64,000 nucleotides of DNA from Amoebidium appalachense (GCA_963693365.1 CAVNZM010000003.1:841506-905505), one strand, 5' to 3'; positions 11,685 through 63,150 are shown, counted from the first letter of the stretch. The notes: generated by a model from the sequence alone, not told the origin. Made by a program: numbers and translations.

Positions 11685-14579
11685 CGCGCGCGCGCGTGTG
11701 TGTGTGTGTTTGTGTCAGGGTTTTTCTTGTGCATGTCACGGTGTGTGCGTGTGCATATGTGAGCCGGTGTGTGCATGTGTGGTTTTTTATGTTCGTATGT
11801 GCATAATCGGAGTGTTATATGTGGGTGCACGTGGCAAGTTATGCAGGTGCACGCGCATGCATGTGTGCGTGTGCATGCGTGTGGGTCTACGCCTCTCTTA
11901 GTATTCAATGTTGTGCACGCGCGGGCCCATATGCATGCCCTTGATTTGAAATGTGTGTGCGGGCGTGCAAGTGCGTACATCTGTGTAGCCTATATACACA
12001 TACTTGCATTGTGTGCGTACATGCACGTGCTTGCGCGCATGTGTGCGCTCGCGATGGACCCAGTGGGCTCCTAGTAAATGTGCATGCATGTGACTCGTAC
12101 AAACACATGACCAGACACGCGACCCATGCGCACACATGCCTGTATTACAACACACAGCATTTTACGCACCGCAGTGTGCGTTTGGGGGGCTGGGGGGGGG
12201 TGGGGGGGGGGGGGGGGGGGGGGGGTATTCCTACATGCATGTTCAAGTTCATGGAGAGGAACGTATGTCATTGGTATCTGTCCATGAGAAAAGGCTTAAA
12301 GCTCAGAAGATGAGAATGGCAAAACGGGGGGGGGAGGGGGGGGGGGGAGGGAGTGGAGGGAGGGGGGGGGAGGGGGGAGGGGGAAAGGGGGGGGAGAGTG
12401 CCGAAGAGGGGGGCCGACTAAAACATCTGCAGAGTCAACTTCCTCCGATCAGAAGTATTCTGCTCTAAATAATTCTGCTTTTAGCAGAGTTAATCAGCAA
12501 AAGCAGAACTTTTCTTAGCAGAATTGCTCTGCTCATGGCACCATGGCCGATGAGAAGAAACTTGCTCCAGGCATACACATTCTGTTTTAAAATACTCAGC
12601 TCGCAGCAAGTTGATTCCGCTGATGTGGTTGACACCCCCCACCCCACCCACCTTTTTTTTTCTTTGGGGAAGGGGAAGGGGGGGGGGTGGGGGGGGGGGG
12701 GGGGGGGGGGGCTGCTCTTTCGTACCGCGGCACTCCAGACACTACTCGGAAGCCATATAACATGTAGGCAAATGAGCCGAAAATGGTTGCCTAATGACAT
12801 GTGAGTTCACCAGCACTGCATGACTTTAGTGTGGAACTTCTGAAAACTTAACACTGTGAACATATTCCGAAGGTAATGTTACTACCATCAACTTAAATAG
12901 AGTCATGTATGCGCCATGGCCATGCCTTGCTCAGGTGGGAAGGGAAAGACTTCCCAAGAGCTACAAGCCGCCTGCATTATGTGCCTCCCTCCCTCCCCCC
13001 TTCCCCCCCCCCCCCCCCCCGCCCCCCCCCCCCTTCTCCCCCACCCCCCACCCCCACCCCCCCGGCGCAGCCGATTCTGCTCTTCTGCCCCAGGCCTTAA
13101 AACATACACCATTATCAAGTCAGGCATGCAATCACCCACACACACACACACCTGCTGTCTGATTTGTACTACTACGATAGAGTGATGTTGCTCTCACGGG
13201 ATCGGTCACTTCAGTTGGAAAATTGAACCGCTGTACCGTACCCGTGCGTCTCCCCCCCCCCCTCCCCCCTCCCCCCTCCCATTCTCCCCTCCCCCCTCCC
13301 GGCCCCCCCGCCCCCTTCCCCCCCCCTCCCCCCCCCCCCCGCCCCCGGGTCCCCACCTCACCCTTCCTCTCCCTGCCCCACCCCACCCGGCCCCGCCCCT
13401 GCCCCGCCCCGGCCCCTCTTCCTTTCAATCAGCTCTTTATAGCCCCTCAACTTTTTTTGCATTTCCAAAAAGATGCCAAACACACACACGGCCATGATTA
13501 TGTTTATGCCACACAGTGGCAATCGCTCAAGCCGCACATACTATTAGGCTGAGTGGACCCGTCACGGTACACGAACATGTAACAAAACTGAGTGACATGA
13601 ATTTGGACACAAGAGTTGTTGTCAATGAGACATACACAAAGAAATATTAATACACTGTATTGGAATAAAAGCGTACACGGTGTCGACGTCTGCGCAAGAG
13701 TTTGCACACACACACACACACACAACACGTAAACGCACCCACACACCCACACATCCACACCCACACACACATACAAGCACGAGCACCTATGTAACAGCAT
13801 ATAGTTATTGGGCACTTTACTACCCATATTGCGGAAAACAATAGACTTGATAGGGGAAGAGCAAAAAATGGTGTTTCGGCCCGGGGAGGTTGGGCGCCAT
13901 GTCTGTATAATAGGTATGAGGGTTTTTGCCCTGTGAATTTTTGAATGGATATCGATGCATCACACCATTACAAGCACGCATGCTCAGTGATGTCGATATA
14001 TGCCGGCGCGTCGCCTGAGGCTACATGCCGCAGGGTCCATCTGCCTTGGGCCATGCATTTTGTGTATGCGTGGGTTTCAAGTTGTTGTTTCAAAACGGTG
14101 GTGGCGGTGGTGGTGGTGATGGTGCGTGTGTGTGTGTGTGTGTGTGTTAGGGGGGGGGGGGGGGGGGGGGATGGGAAAGGAGCGGGGGGGTTAGGGGAGG
14201 GGGGAGGGGGGAGAGGGGGGTGAGGGGGCCTGCACAATCACAGGGGAACACCCGAGGTTCATGACGTTACCGTGTATGACGTCACCTGATCGATATGAGC
14301 GCGAAACGAACATCCGGACTTGCAGGTTTTCCTCGAGCATGCCGAGTGCACACAAAGGTACGGTCCCCCACCTCTTCTCTCTCCGTTTGGCGCTCATGTT
14401 TTTTGTTTTCTGAGTTGTTTTCGAGGCTCCAGTTATTATTTTATTATGCACAAGTTAAGTGTAGACCGCAGGGAACGTGCACCTGTTGGATGAGCTGTTC
14501 TTTAATAAACAATGAGGAAACACACAACATTGGTGAAGTCTTTGTGGTGTTTGTCAAAGCCTGAACTGACTACCCGATT

Positions 14580-15009
14580 TGAACGAGTATCATTTGTAAG
14601 CACGGAAATACACACAACTACACCTACAGACACACGTGAACACGTACTTGACCATGCAAACACCCGCGCGCACGCAAGCAAGGCAACATGCGCATGTGCA
14701 CGCAAACGCGCACAAGCACACACACATACACAGACAAGCACTCACACACCCGCACACCACACATACATACGCACACCACACATACATACAAATATGAACG
14801 AGTATCATTTGTAAGCACGGAAATACACACAACTACACCTACAGACACACGTGAACACGTACTTGACCATGCAAACACCCGCGCGCACGCAAGCAAGGCA
14901 ACATGCGCACGTGCACGCAAACGCGCACAAGCACACACACATACACAGACAAGCACTCACACGCCCGCACACCACACATACATACGCACACCACACATAC
15001 ATACAAATA
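14580..15009. repeat. Tandem duplication, 2 x 215 bp
   Basis: TGAACGAGTATCATTTGTAAGCACGG...CATACAAATA starts at 14580 and 14795, with two visible substitutions. Confidence 0.9.
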
Positions 15010-15075
15010 CAGACGCACGCACGCACGATCACACACAAATGCAAAAACGTACATACACACACACGCATAAATGCC

Positions 15076-15159
<84 letters not shown>

Positions 15160-15780
15160 CACGCACGCACGCATGTACACACACAGGCACGCACGCACAC
15201 GCACACCCACACGTGCGCGCGGGCGCACGTGTGCACGAACGCACACACACATGCATGCACGCACACACGGCACAGACACACTCGCAAGCGGACACACCCT
15301 TCACACACAGGACACAGGTTATTTTACCACCACCATCATTACCCTTACCCCACCCCTTCCGTTTGCTTCTTTCTAAAAGTGAGCACACACACACACACAC
15401 ACTACAGGGGCACTCGTTCACACAACAGATACACCTGTGCACACATCAATACACCTGCACAACCAAACATGTATATGTAACCCTGTGCTTGTGTGCATGT
15501 GAGTGGTAATAAAATAAACACAGGTGAACTAATTTTCGTTGTTACGTACAGCGGCACAGGGGATTACACACACGTACCTTGATCCTTGTGGCAACTAGCT
15601 GTATAGTATTATATGATACACTATACATAAACGTGTACATAACGCAAACTCTGCAAGTTTACGATCTCAGCTTAGAAGCTAGTGTGAATAAGGCGGACAT
15701 AGGTATGAGAAAAATGCATACCCAACGAGAAGTTGCATCAGTGTAGCTGGGATGAATGGCATAGGTGTGTGTGTGCACAC

Positions 15781-15859
<79 letters not shown>

Positions 15860-15860
15860 C

Positions 15861-15935
<75 letters not shown>

Positions 15936-16135
15936 CGCGTGCAAGTGTCTGTGTGTGGGGGTGGGGGGGGGGGGGGGGGGGGGAGGGGCATCGGTCCCAC
16001 CTCCACCTTTTCCCCCCGTCTCATCTGCACGCTCCGTCTGTTGTGCTTTAGACAGACCCCCCCCCCCCCCTCCCCCCTCCCTTCATTCCTTTTTCTCGAC
16101 TCATAAAGCACCCACACCACCAGCTCCTTCCCCGC

Positions 16136-16167
<32 letters not shown>

Positions 16168-16456
16168 AAAAAAAAAAAACAACAAAAAAAACCACGCCTT
16201 TCGCTCCACTAAACACACACCACTCTGCTTCAAGACCCTCTTCCCCTCCTCCGCCCCCTCCCCCCCCCCCCCACCAACACACACACACACACCTTTCTGT
16301 CACCTCATCAAGCACACACCCCCACCTCCACACTTAACCACCCATGCACACACACCTCCTTCAAGTCACATACCCCATCTCATGTCCCATAGATAATCTG
16401 ACGATTTTCTCCGTGGAGTAAGGACTAAGGCGTCATTTTTTCCATTTTTTCTAAAT

Positions 16457-32541
<16,085 letters not shown>

Positions 32542-32713
32542 ACAGATGTTATAGATCGATGAATAAATATGTGATCGTTCATTCTACTGTTTTCTTTTTG
32601 TTCGAATATAATGCGATTGTCATTTTCAAATGATGACATGTATGGTAATGAAGATTGTTTATGTTGACATGATGTGACGCGTCTATCTGTGAATGTGTGT
32701 GTGTGTGTGTGGT

Positions 32714-32762
<49 letters not shown>

Positions 32763-32829
32763 CTGTGTGTGTTGTGTGTGGGTGGCTGGGTTGGTGGGTG
32801 GGTGGGTGGCTTGCCGGTGTGTGCGTGTG

Positions 32830-32895
<66 letters not shown>

Positions 32896-33660
32896 CCTAC
32901 TGGTTTTTTTTATGGCAGGAATGTCTTTTTTTGGGGGGGGGGGGAGGGGGGGGGGGGGGGGGGTCATTTAGAAGAGGCTGACGAATTGATTTGTACAAAA
33001 GACCCGATTGAGTGAATCTGTTTCTTTGAATATTTTAGAATTTTTGTAAGGTGATAATAGGCGTGTGACCACGAAGGTATCAAACTAATGATCGTGTATA
33101 TAATGCATGTAATTTTTCATTCTCAAAATTACCGTTTTATATGACGCTCTGTTCTGAATCGCTGCCTTTGGGGAAACTAGCCTGTACAGCTGCCCTTCGG
33201 GCCCGCCTTATACATCGTGCCTTGTACATCACACCAGTGCAAGGAGAAGAGCTAGCCTACACCACACCATTGCAGCGATGAAGGAAGCTTTAGAGAAAGA
33301 AAGGGGGGAAAAAAAGGGGGGGGGAGGGGGGGGGGGGGGAATGGGTAAAAGACTGGGAATGAAAATAAAAAAACGTAGTGCACAGGGCATTGCTAATATG
33401 TATGGCATGCATCAACATATATAGCGCACGGCCTGACCTTATCCACGGTACGCGGTATACCTATGGACTTTTTTGGGGGGGGTGCGTTATCCCATCTGTT
33501 GCAGAGATATTCACTAATCCACAATTGAGATAACCTAAAATCATGAACAAAAGGTATTTTTGGGATCTAATTAGGATAACTTACTGTCAAAAATGGTAAA
33601 AGTGCTGCAGGATAGTTTTACACAATTGTGGGTGGAATTAGCTTTGAAGTTGTAAACATA

Positions 33661-34112
33661 TCCAAAGAATTAAAGAGGGTTGTGCCAGTTTCGTCTAGGC
33701 GTGTTCGTACACGGTAGCCTGGCACGTTATGTGGTGGACGGGTGCAACCACAGAGCATTAGGCAGGACCATTAACATTGTCAGGCTCTTCTTTTTATTCA
33801 AAACCCACTCCAAAAACCACAACGCTCTGCGAGTCTACATCCTATCCTCCCTTTCATCTGCTACGCTCCACTTCGTCTATTCCTGTTTTTCGTGTATTAT
33901 CATCACCATTTCTAAACTAACTTGCATCCTGGTCCCCGAAAAGATGTGTCCAAAATAGATAGTTTGTGAGACGATCTCTTGGCTGCTTCACCAATACAAA
34001 CGCACCCAGCATTGCGTTTCCCTTACAAAAGCTTTCTGTGTGCCTGCGGGGTGTGGGGGGGAGGGGGGGAGAGGCTGCAGAGTGATGGTCGCCGCATCTG
34101 CCATCTGAAGGG

Positions 34113-34168
<56 letters not shown>

Positions 34169-34190
34169 GGGGAGGATGGGTGGGGGGCGA

Positions 34191-34221
<31 letters not shown>

Positions 34222-34265
34222 GCTTTCTGTGTGCCTGCTGCCTGGTTGTGTGCGTACGAACTTGT

Positions 34266-34296
<31 letters not shown>

Positions 34297-34346
34297 GGGG
34301 AGGGGCTTTCTGTGTGCCTGCTGCCTGGTTGTGTGCGTACGAACTT

Positions 34347-34409
<63 letters not shown>

Positions 34410-34988
34410 AGGGGGGGAGGGAGAGGGGGGGGAGACGGGGGGCGGGTTTAACGGGGGGAGGGAAGGGAGGCTGCAGAGTGGTGATCGCTGCATCTGCCAT
34501 CTGAAGGGGGGCGAGAAAGGGAGGGGAGAGGGGGGGGAGGGGGGGGGGGGGGGGAGGGGGGAGGAGGAGGACTCCGAGGAGAAGTTGGGCTGCGGCACCA
34601 AACACCCGGTGGCAGTGCACCATGGTCAGTCAACAACAACCTGTTTCACCTACGGCATTGGGTTGTGCCAAGAAACTGTCCGTTGCGGCGTGTCCCTTCT
34701 TCACAACATCCCTGAGAAGCTTTGTTTGGGTGTGTGAAAGTTGTCTTGGCCGGAAATTTTTGTCCGGGGGTGAGGGAGAGGGGGGGGGGGGGGGGGGGGG
34801 GGGGGAAGATGGAAACGTACCCCATTTGTAATTACGTGTACAGCAAGCCTAGACCATACACACCATGTGATAACTTCCCTTTCAATTGACGCCTGCCAGC
34901 AGCAAGCACACACTGTGACTTCCGCTTTCCTTATGACTTGGACTGCCTGACTGGCGCCCGCGGCGTAGCGGGCGCCCAGACCTACTAG
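33661..34988 (+). mobile_element. Putative non-autonomous Helitron
   Basis: 3' end: GC-rich hairpin GGCGCCCGC-GGCGTA-GCGGGCGCC (34953-34976), then CTAG (34985-34988) and T, the canonical Helitron terminus. The candidate 5' end A|TCCAAAGAATTAAAGAGGG at 33661 is tentative. No Rep/Hel ORF. Confidence 0.5.
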
Positions 34989-36350
34989 TAATATATGTAC
35001 AGACTTGCCTTTTAGGTCAAATTTGAACTTGATGGCCAAATAATATGCAACATTATATGTAAAATCAGCCTATTCATTCCACGTGTGGTCCATATCATTT
35101 TAATATTTGAATGTACTTTGCGGCAAGGTGTTCTATCATGCACGTTGGGCCTTGAAATGTAACAACTGAAAAGGTCAAACCTTCCAACAAACATGTACTA
35201 TGTACACCAGCACTGTGTTTCACAAGATTGTTCAAAGATGTTATTTTTTACATAGTACTAAACACGATGTTAACGGAGTTTGTCGGTGATAACACACCTT
35301 CACGGCAGTCATGAGTTACAGTGGCACACGTCCCTTTTGTATGCATGTATAAACGTGCACGTGTTGGTCAATGACAAGGACCTACCCCCACACCTGCACA
35401 CAGCCACACACATACACACACACACGCACACACACACACACTTGCACAAGGAAACACATGCACGCACATGCGCACACGCGCACACGCCCACGCGCGCACA
35501 CACACACACACACACGCACACATTTATGCCATTTACACCTAAGGGACACCTTCCCCCCCCCCCCCCCCCCCCCTCTTTTTTGTCCCATCGATTTCCCCCC
35601 GCAGAAAAAAAGTTTAAGGGGGGGGAGAGGGGGGGGGGGGGAGAGGGGGAGAGAGAGAGAGCCTCTGAGAGAGAGAGGGGAGGAGGGAGGGAGGGAGGGA
35701 GGGAGGGAGGGAGGGAGGGAGGGAGAGAGAATGGGGGGGGAGGGAGGGAGGGAGGGAGGGAGGGAGGGGGGAGGGAGGGAGGGAGGGAGGGAGGGGGGAG
35801 GGGGGAGGGAGGGAGGGAGGGAGGGAGGGAGGGAGGGAGGGAGGAAGGGAGGGAGGGAGGGGGAGAGAGAGAGAGAGAGAGAGGGGGAGGGAGGGAGGGA
35901 GGGAGGAAGGGAGGAATGGAGGGGGGGAGGGGGGGGGGGGGGAAGAAGGAGAAGAGCTCATTCCATTTGAAAGCTTGTTTGCACCACCAATTTGTACACC
36001 GTACTTTTTTGATGGTTGGGTACATTTAAGTCTTGTTCGTTTAAAGTTTGAGTTATAATTTACATTAGATTGGGAAGCACGTGGCCCCGTTCTTTGTTGT
36101 GTATCCGCGGAGAGACAACCTAGATTACAACAAAATTAGCCCATTTAGTTGTCAAAGCAGACATTCATGATCGAAAAAGAGAGAGAAAGAGGTATATATT
36201 GGAAAAACGGGCAAATTAACGGAATAATCCCGGTTCAGCTATGTATATAAGCTCTGCGCAAGCTTACCCAAACGGAAGATTGGTTATTGCATACTTCAAC
36301 GATGATGGATCAATTTAAAACAACATACACATGCTTACAAGCTGTCCAAC

Positions 36351-36546
36351 TAGAAGTAAAATCCCGTCAACGGAAGGAGCATTCAACCGAAATATATACC
36401 CGTGTTACTGTACTACACAGAGACAAGGCATCTTTTCCAGTATTTCAAGAAAAACCGATTTACTAGACGGAAAATCAAAATCAATGCTACACAAGAGACA
36501 CCGCAACTTTTTGGTTATTTCAAGAAAAATCGTCTTACTAGACACA

Positions 36547-36608
<62 letters not shown>

Positions 36609-36715
36609 AGTAAAATATTGTCAAGTGAAGGAGCATTCGACCCAAACTGTTACCCGTGTTAATGTACTACACAGAGACACAGCCACACCTTTTTTGGTAT
36701 TTCTAGAAAACCGAA
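36351..36715. repeat. Degenerate direct repeats around an (AT)n tract (36550-36605), downstream of the peptidase A stop
   Basis: AAGTAAAAT..GAAGGAGCATTC..TACCCGTGTTA..TACTACACAGAGACA..TATTTC.AGAAAA occurs at about 36354 and 36608, with a partial third copy at about 36485. Confidence 0.75.
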
Positions 36716-36749
36716 ATAATTGAAGAAAAACCGGACCTTTCGCAGCGCA

Positions 36750-47468
<10,719 letters not shown>

Positions 47469-48281
47469 GGTGTTGATTGAGGTTAAACAAATTAGAGAGA
47501 GGTTCAAGGCCGGTACTTAAGTGCTTCGGTTGGCTGTAGTCACATTTTCATTCATCAGTACCCACCGATGTTCTCTCATTTCCATCATTGACTCTATGTA
47601 GTCGAAGAACGAGAAACCATGTTATTGTATTGAAAAACCCGTTGTGTTAAGTTGGAAGTTAGCAGTTATATGAAGCGATTTTCTCAGCTCATTCCTCGCA
47701 GGGCTACAGTTATGGAAAGTAAAAAGAACAAAGGGGAAACAAGAAGCCCTGCCACCCTACAGGTGTGGGTATATGTAAGCAAACCCCCCCATGTTCCTAA
47801 ACTGTCTTTCTAGTCCCACTACCAACTACTACAATCCTAGAATGGTTTTTTTCAAACACATTGAACACATGAACGTAATATATATATACTCCCTTCACTT
47901 CTTCGAATATTATGTTTCCGAGTCCTATTACCATGCCAAAACCATACATGAATGTCTCATGATACGAACTTTTGGTGAATGCACGCAGGCACTGATCCCC
48001 CCATACTCGTGATCTGGGAGACTGGGACTCAGCCTCAGGGATGCAAACCCCATATTTCCAATTTACGAATACGTCAAAAGAGCACCTGAAGAATTTTGAT
48101 CGACTTTCCATCGTGCTCATTTCCAATTCAAGAGTCCAAAGATAAAATTATATATATCCACCAGTGATTTCTGGTGAAGAAGATAGGTTCTCTAAGGATA
48201 TTTATTAAGAACAGGTTTTCAGTTTTTGCCGTTATGATTTTATGAATTATGATCCCTGGCAGATTCCCTCAGAATATCTCT

Positions 48282-48454
48282 GTCACGTCAACTTTTTTTC
48301 CCGATTCTTCACCATGGCAGGTATATAAAGGCTTTCGTTTTTTCTTTTTGTGGGACTTCACTTTTACTTCGATCTCTTAGCCGTCACGTCGACTTTTTTT
48401 CCCGATTCTTCACCATGGCAGGTATATAAAGGCTTTCGTTTTTTCTTTTTGTGG
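48282..48454. repeat. Direct repeat, 2 x 72 bp (period 101), upstream of peptidase A
   Basis: GTCACGTCRACTTTTTTTCCCGATTCTTCACCATGGCAGGTATATAAAGGCTTTCG...GTGG at 48282 and 48383, with one mismatch. Confidence 0.9.
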
Positions 48455-49920
48455 TGTGAGGGGTCCCACTCAGGGAAACGTGACACTGTGTGTGTGTGAT
48501 CACGGCCTTGTCTATTCCTACTGTTGTGAGAGTGTGGGGACATCTCCCTTCCGCGGAGTTTCTCGCTTGAGGAGTGGTTTCTTCGACATCTGGTGGCCCA
48601 CTGCAACTTACGGTGACTTCTACACGCTATCTACGCTTCTACGCGAGCTATTGGCGGTGGGCTGCTGCAACTTCTTCAACTGCTTCTGCGCTGCGTGAGT
48701 GGAGGGGTAGCTACTGGGTCGTCGAGGAGCTTTTTCCTTGTGGCTGCCGTGTTTTCAGCCTTCAGCAGTATGGCAATGACTGGGTTTGCTTGCATGCATT
48801 CTGTAGTTGTGTTTTCCTGTGTGTCCTGCCACAACTAGGCCACCTTATCAAAGTCTTAGAGTTAGAGACAGCTTCTGCGGGCTTTCTAGGGGACGGGCCC
48901 GTGGGGATTGTTTTCTCGCTCGGATTTGGTCTGCATTGCTCTTTAAAGGGCTGACTTGCTTGCTGTGCCCCGGTAGGTTTTGAGGGGGGCCTGTTGGGGG
49001 GCAGCAGTAATGATGTCTTCTTGCGGAGTGTGGCATGGTCATCATCGCTGCATATGACTAGTTGGAGCAATTTCTAGTTTCACTCATACACGTGCACTTG
49101 TACCTTTGCCCGCTGGTGTCCTTTGGTCACTTGTTGTTTATTTTTTATTTCATCGCTGTGGCTCTTTCGAAGTCGGTTATTTTGGTGGTCATGTAGCCTG
49201 TGGCTGCACGTTGCCTTGATATCCACTAAACCACTGATCAATAAATCCCAGTCAAGAGAAAAATGTCTCTGTTTATATTATATGATTTTCACACAGTGTT
49301 CAGGTATCTCAGTATGCACTTGTTACTGGATAACTCGTGAAGTTTTCATTGTCTTCTCAGTATGCCGTGCATACTTGCATACCTTTCCGTCGAATAAATC
49401 CAGTCAAAAGAAAAAACAATCCTCTCTGCGCCGACGGCCAGTCAGACCCCTGTCTGGGAATCCAATGATTGGTTGCTTCAACCAATGGGAGGGCCATGTC
49501 GCACATTCCATCTCGATAAATCAGCTGCCAAAGTGCCGACGACTGGCAAGTCGTGCCGAGCTGGCGACGTCGATTAATATTTATGTTCAGTGCGTAGCAA
49601 AGGTGCGGCCAAACACGTGCGCGTGTGGGTGGCACTGGGGTTTACACACTTTTTATTGCGTGGACACTGCCGGAGGCCCAGCCACATTCGACGGCCTACT
49701 GCGTTTTCCAGCGCAGCCAATCAAATGCAGCCAGTATGTACATGCTGGGCAACAATGAGCGCCATCGTAGTATATGACACCCCCATTACATATTATGGGT
49801 AAGCAGAGGCCAGCATCGGTGGCACTGGTCCGGGCCCCGTGGCGTACATATTATCAAGGGTGTGCTGGCGGCACGTGTGTATGTGTGTGAGTGTGTGCGT
49901 GTGTTTTCATGTGTGTCACG

Positions 49921-49992
<72 letters not shown>

Positions 49993-50566
49993 GTGTGTGT
50001 GTGTGTGCCGGTTTTTTCGTGTACACGTATGACACTGTGCGCACGTGTGAGGGTGTGCGTGTTCTGGTGTGCACATGCACTCGGTGTGTGCGTGTGTGCG
50101 CTGGTGCCGGTTTTTTCGTGTGTGCGTGTGTGCGTGTGTGTGAGCGTGTGCTGGTGGCACATGTATGTGCCGGTGTCTGTATGTGTATGTATATGTGTGT
50201 AGTATGTATGTGTGAAGTGTGTGTGTGTGCATGTGTGCGCATGCGCGCACGTGTGTCTGTGCGGATGTATGTGCCTACGTGTTTTCATGTGTGTTTTCGT
50301 GTGTGTGCGACGCTGTGTGTGTGCGTGTGTCTTTGTGCAAGTGTATGCGTGTGTGCTTTCGTGTTTGTTTTGTGTGCGTGTGCGAGTCAGTGCGCGCGGG
50401 TGGCCTGCCCAGTGGCCGTGCACGTGTATCATCAAGTGCGTGCGTGGTACTTATTATGTACGTGTGTGTGTGTCTGTGACTGTCTGTGTGAGTTGGTGAC
50501 TGTGTGTGAGCGTGCGCGTGCGCGGGCGTGTGTGTGGCCGCGGTTGTGCGTGTGTGACCGTGTGAC

Positions 50567-50604
<38 letters not shown>

Positions 50605-50652
50605 AGCTAGCTAGTGTGTGTGTGTGTGTGTGTGTGTGTACGTGTGTGACAC

Positions 50653-50683
<31 letters not shown>

Positions 50684-50863
50684 TTGTGTGTGTCCATGAT
50701 GGTTTGTGTGTTACAGAGCGACGCTGCATGTGTATGAGGTGTGTGTGTGCTCACTGGCAGTAGTAGTCACTAGTGTGTTGTACCGTGCATGTGTACATTG
50801 TAATGTGTGTGTGTGTGTGTATGTGTGCGTATGTGTGTGTGTGTGCGTGTGCGTGTGCGTGTG

Positions 50864-50911
<48 letters not shown>

Positions 50912-51017
50912 TGTGTTAACGTTGTGTGTGTACACGTGGTGTGTGTGTGACATCGCATGAGTGATGTGTGCGTATGCGTGACGGTGTATGTGTGTGCACG
51001 TGACAGGTGTGTGGTGC

Positions 51018-51119
<102 letters not shown>

Positions 51120-51179
51120 TGCGCATTTATGATGTGTGTGTGCCAGCGTCTGTCTGCGTGTGTGCTGTTCCACTACACG

Positions 51180-51400
<221 letters not shown>

Positions 51401-51975
51401 CACTGTGTGGGGCAAGTTCCCAAATATTATAACAAGAAAAGCCAAGAAAAGGTTCTTCGTATTATTTCTTATTTATCTTTTTTCAATAGAAAAATTATCT
51501 AAAAACATAATAATAAATTTCACTTTGAATATTAGCGGGAACTTTTTTCATAGAAATGCCCGGGAATCTGCTATTTTCCGTACATCGATCTTTGTCTTTC
51601 ATTTAAATTTAGCTATTTGTAGAAGGCCGAAACTAAATTCGTAACTAAATAAGTTATGACTAATAAAAAACAAAAACAAATAATTATGATAGAGCGTATA
51701 AGGCGACCTACAACACTCAGAGTGCAAAATTATGCGATCATGTGCTGTCCCGATCACTGAAACACAACCCGGACCTTCATGCCTATTTTTTTTTGCCTTT
51801 GAGCCTCCCCTCTATTTCATACCTCTGCTCTTCAGATATATTTCTACTTCTTTGTATTGTTTGATATATTATAAAAATTAGGCTAAACAAAGACCTTTGG
51901 GCTGAAGTCGCTAATTTCAAAACCAAAACATATACAATATACTAATATTAGCGTATCTCGACGATAAGCACCTCC

Positions 51976-52011
<36 letters not shown>

Positions 52012-52072
52012 CCCACAGAGCCCCAAAACCCCATACATTAGTGTAATGCATAAAGATGTGAAGAAGGGAATC

Positions 52073-61750
<9,678 letters not shown>

Positions 61751-63047
61751 TCTTGTGGCTAAAACGAAAGGAAGTCAATGCCGGTAAGAAAACTATTGAT
61801 GGCATCGAATGAGCGTGTGTAGCTTGTAACTAAGATGGCTCGGTTTCCATATTTGTGCCTCTAGAACATGACTGAGCTACTGTTGCCAGTCGCTGAAATA
61901 TAAAAAGGTAACACAGGGTAACCCGTGTAAAAGATGTGTTGGGGGGATGTACAGTTTGACCTGCACACACTGGCCGGTGGACGTTGTGTTACATAGGGGT
62001 ACCACCAAAACAAAAACAGAAAGTTTCCGTGATATAGTTGTGAAACTTAGATGTTGAATAACACACGACGCCACTGTGAAGAATTCGAAGGTGACGAGCA
62101 ATGTTTACGGTGACCCCAAACCAAACCAGGTCCTGACCTCCTATAAATTTCGGCCCGTATTTACATCTAGGGGAACCCAGGTGGAGAAAACCCCATGTCC
62201 TTTAGCCCTATAGCGAAACATAGGTTGTTGGAGTACGGAAACACGAAATATTGATCCCCTCGCGATTGAGTAACGAAGTGGAGTCACACTCGAGCTCACT
62301 CACGTACGTCTCACGGTGAGGCAGGCACACGAGCTTCGAAATTGTGTCACTCAAAACACAAACTTTACAACCCTGCTGCGACAGCCCTTTTATCCAACAT
62401 GGGCAGTATGACATGCTGTGTCGCTAATTTGCAAACAAATATGGATTGCAAGCTGCTGTTTATTTATTTTATTTTCGAATAATTAGAAGTTCCCTGCAAA
62501 AACCTGAAGTAATAACTTTGTAATAAGTCTGTCGACTACGACACCAATGAACCGCTGTAATACTGTAAGTTGTAACTGCTCATCGACTTTCACGCCTTTC
62601 AAACTTTCCTCGGAGGCATTCCCAACTTTATTCCTAGACCAAACAATGGGGCTCATCATTGAATTTGTACCCAGGAGAGGGATTCGGTATTTCCAATACA
62701 TAGTCACACAAACTCCTTTCTTTCAATCCATAAAAAGTATATATTGCTAAACTATTAAATTAAATTCTATGGATGTACATGCTACATACAATATTTATAC
62801 TATCAAAAAACACTTTGGCGTTCTATCGGTTCCAAGCTTGCAAGACATACGACTACCCACAATCCCATGGACCGTTTTGGGGGTTTCAATCCAAGATCCG
62901 ATTATCCAATGGCAAAAGAGCCTCGCACATTCCATATTAAAAATTGACCACGATCGCGATGCGCACACTGTCCGAAGTACACGTGTATTTCAAGTACCGA
63001 GTCCAGGTACGTAGTGCACGCACGGTTTACGCACGAGCAACAATTGT

Positions 63048-63150
<103 letters not shown>

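Noticed and set aside
33680-33990. Non-LTR retrotransposon remnant (YFGHIF on the minus strand)
   Set aside because: A single short word amid stop codons with no other reverse-transcriptase motif.
47925-48020. Tc1/mariner transposase relic (YHAKTIHECL..IPPYS followed by frameshifted DL)
   Set aside because: Only a partial PYSPDL-like match needing a frameshift, with no DNA/DDE context or TIRs; too weak without a search.
49468-49486. ATTGGTTG-CTT-CAACCAAT hairpin
   Set aside because: An 8-bp stem can arise by chance in 64 kb; possibly paired CCAAT boxes but unsupported.
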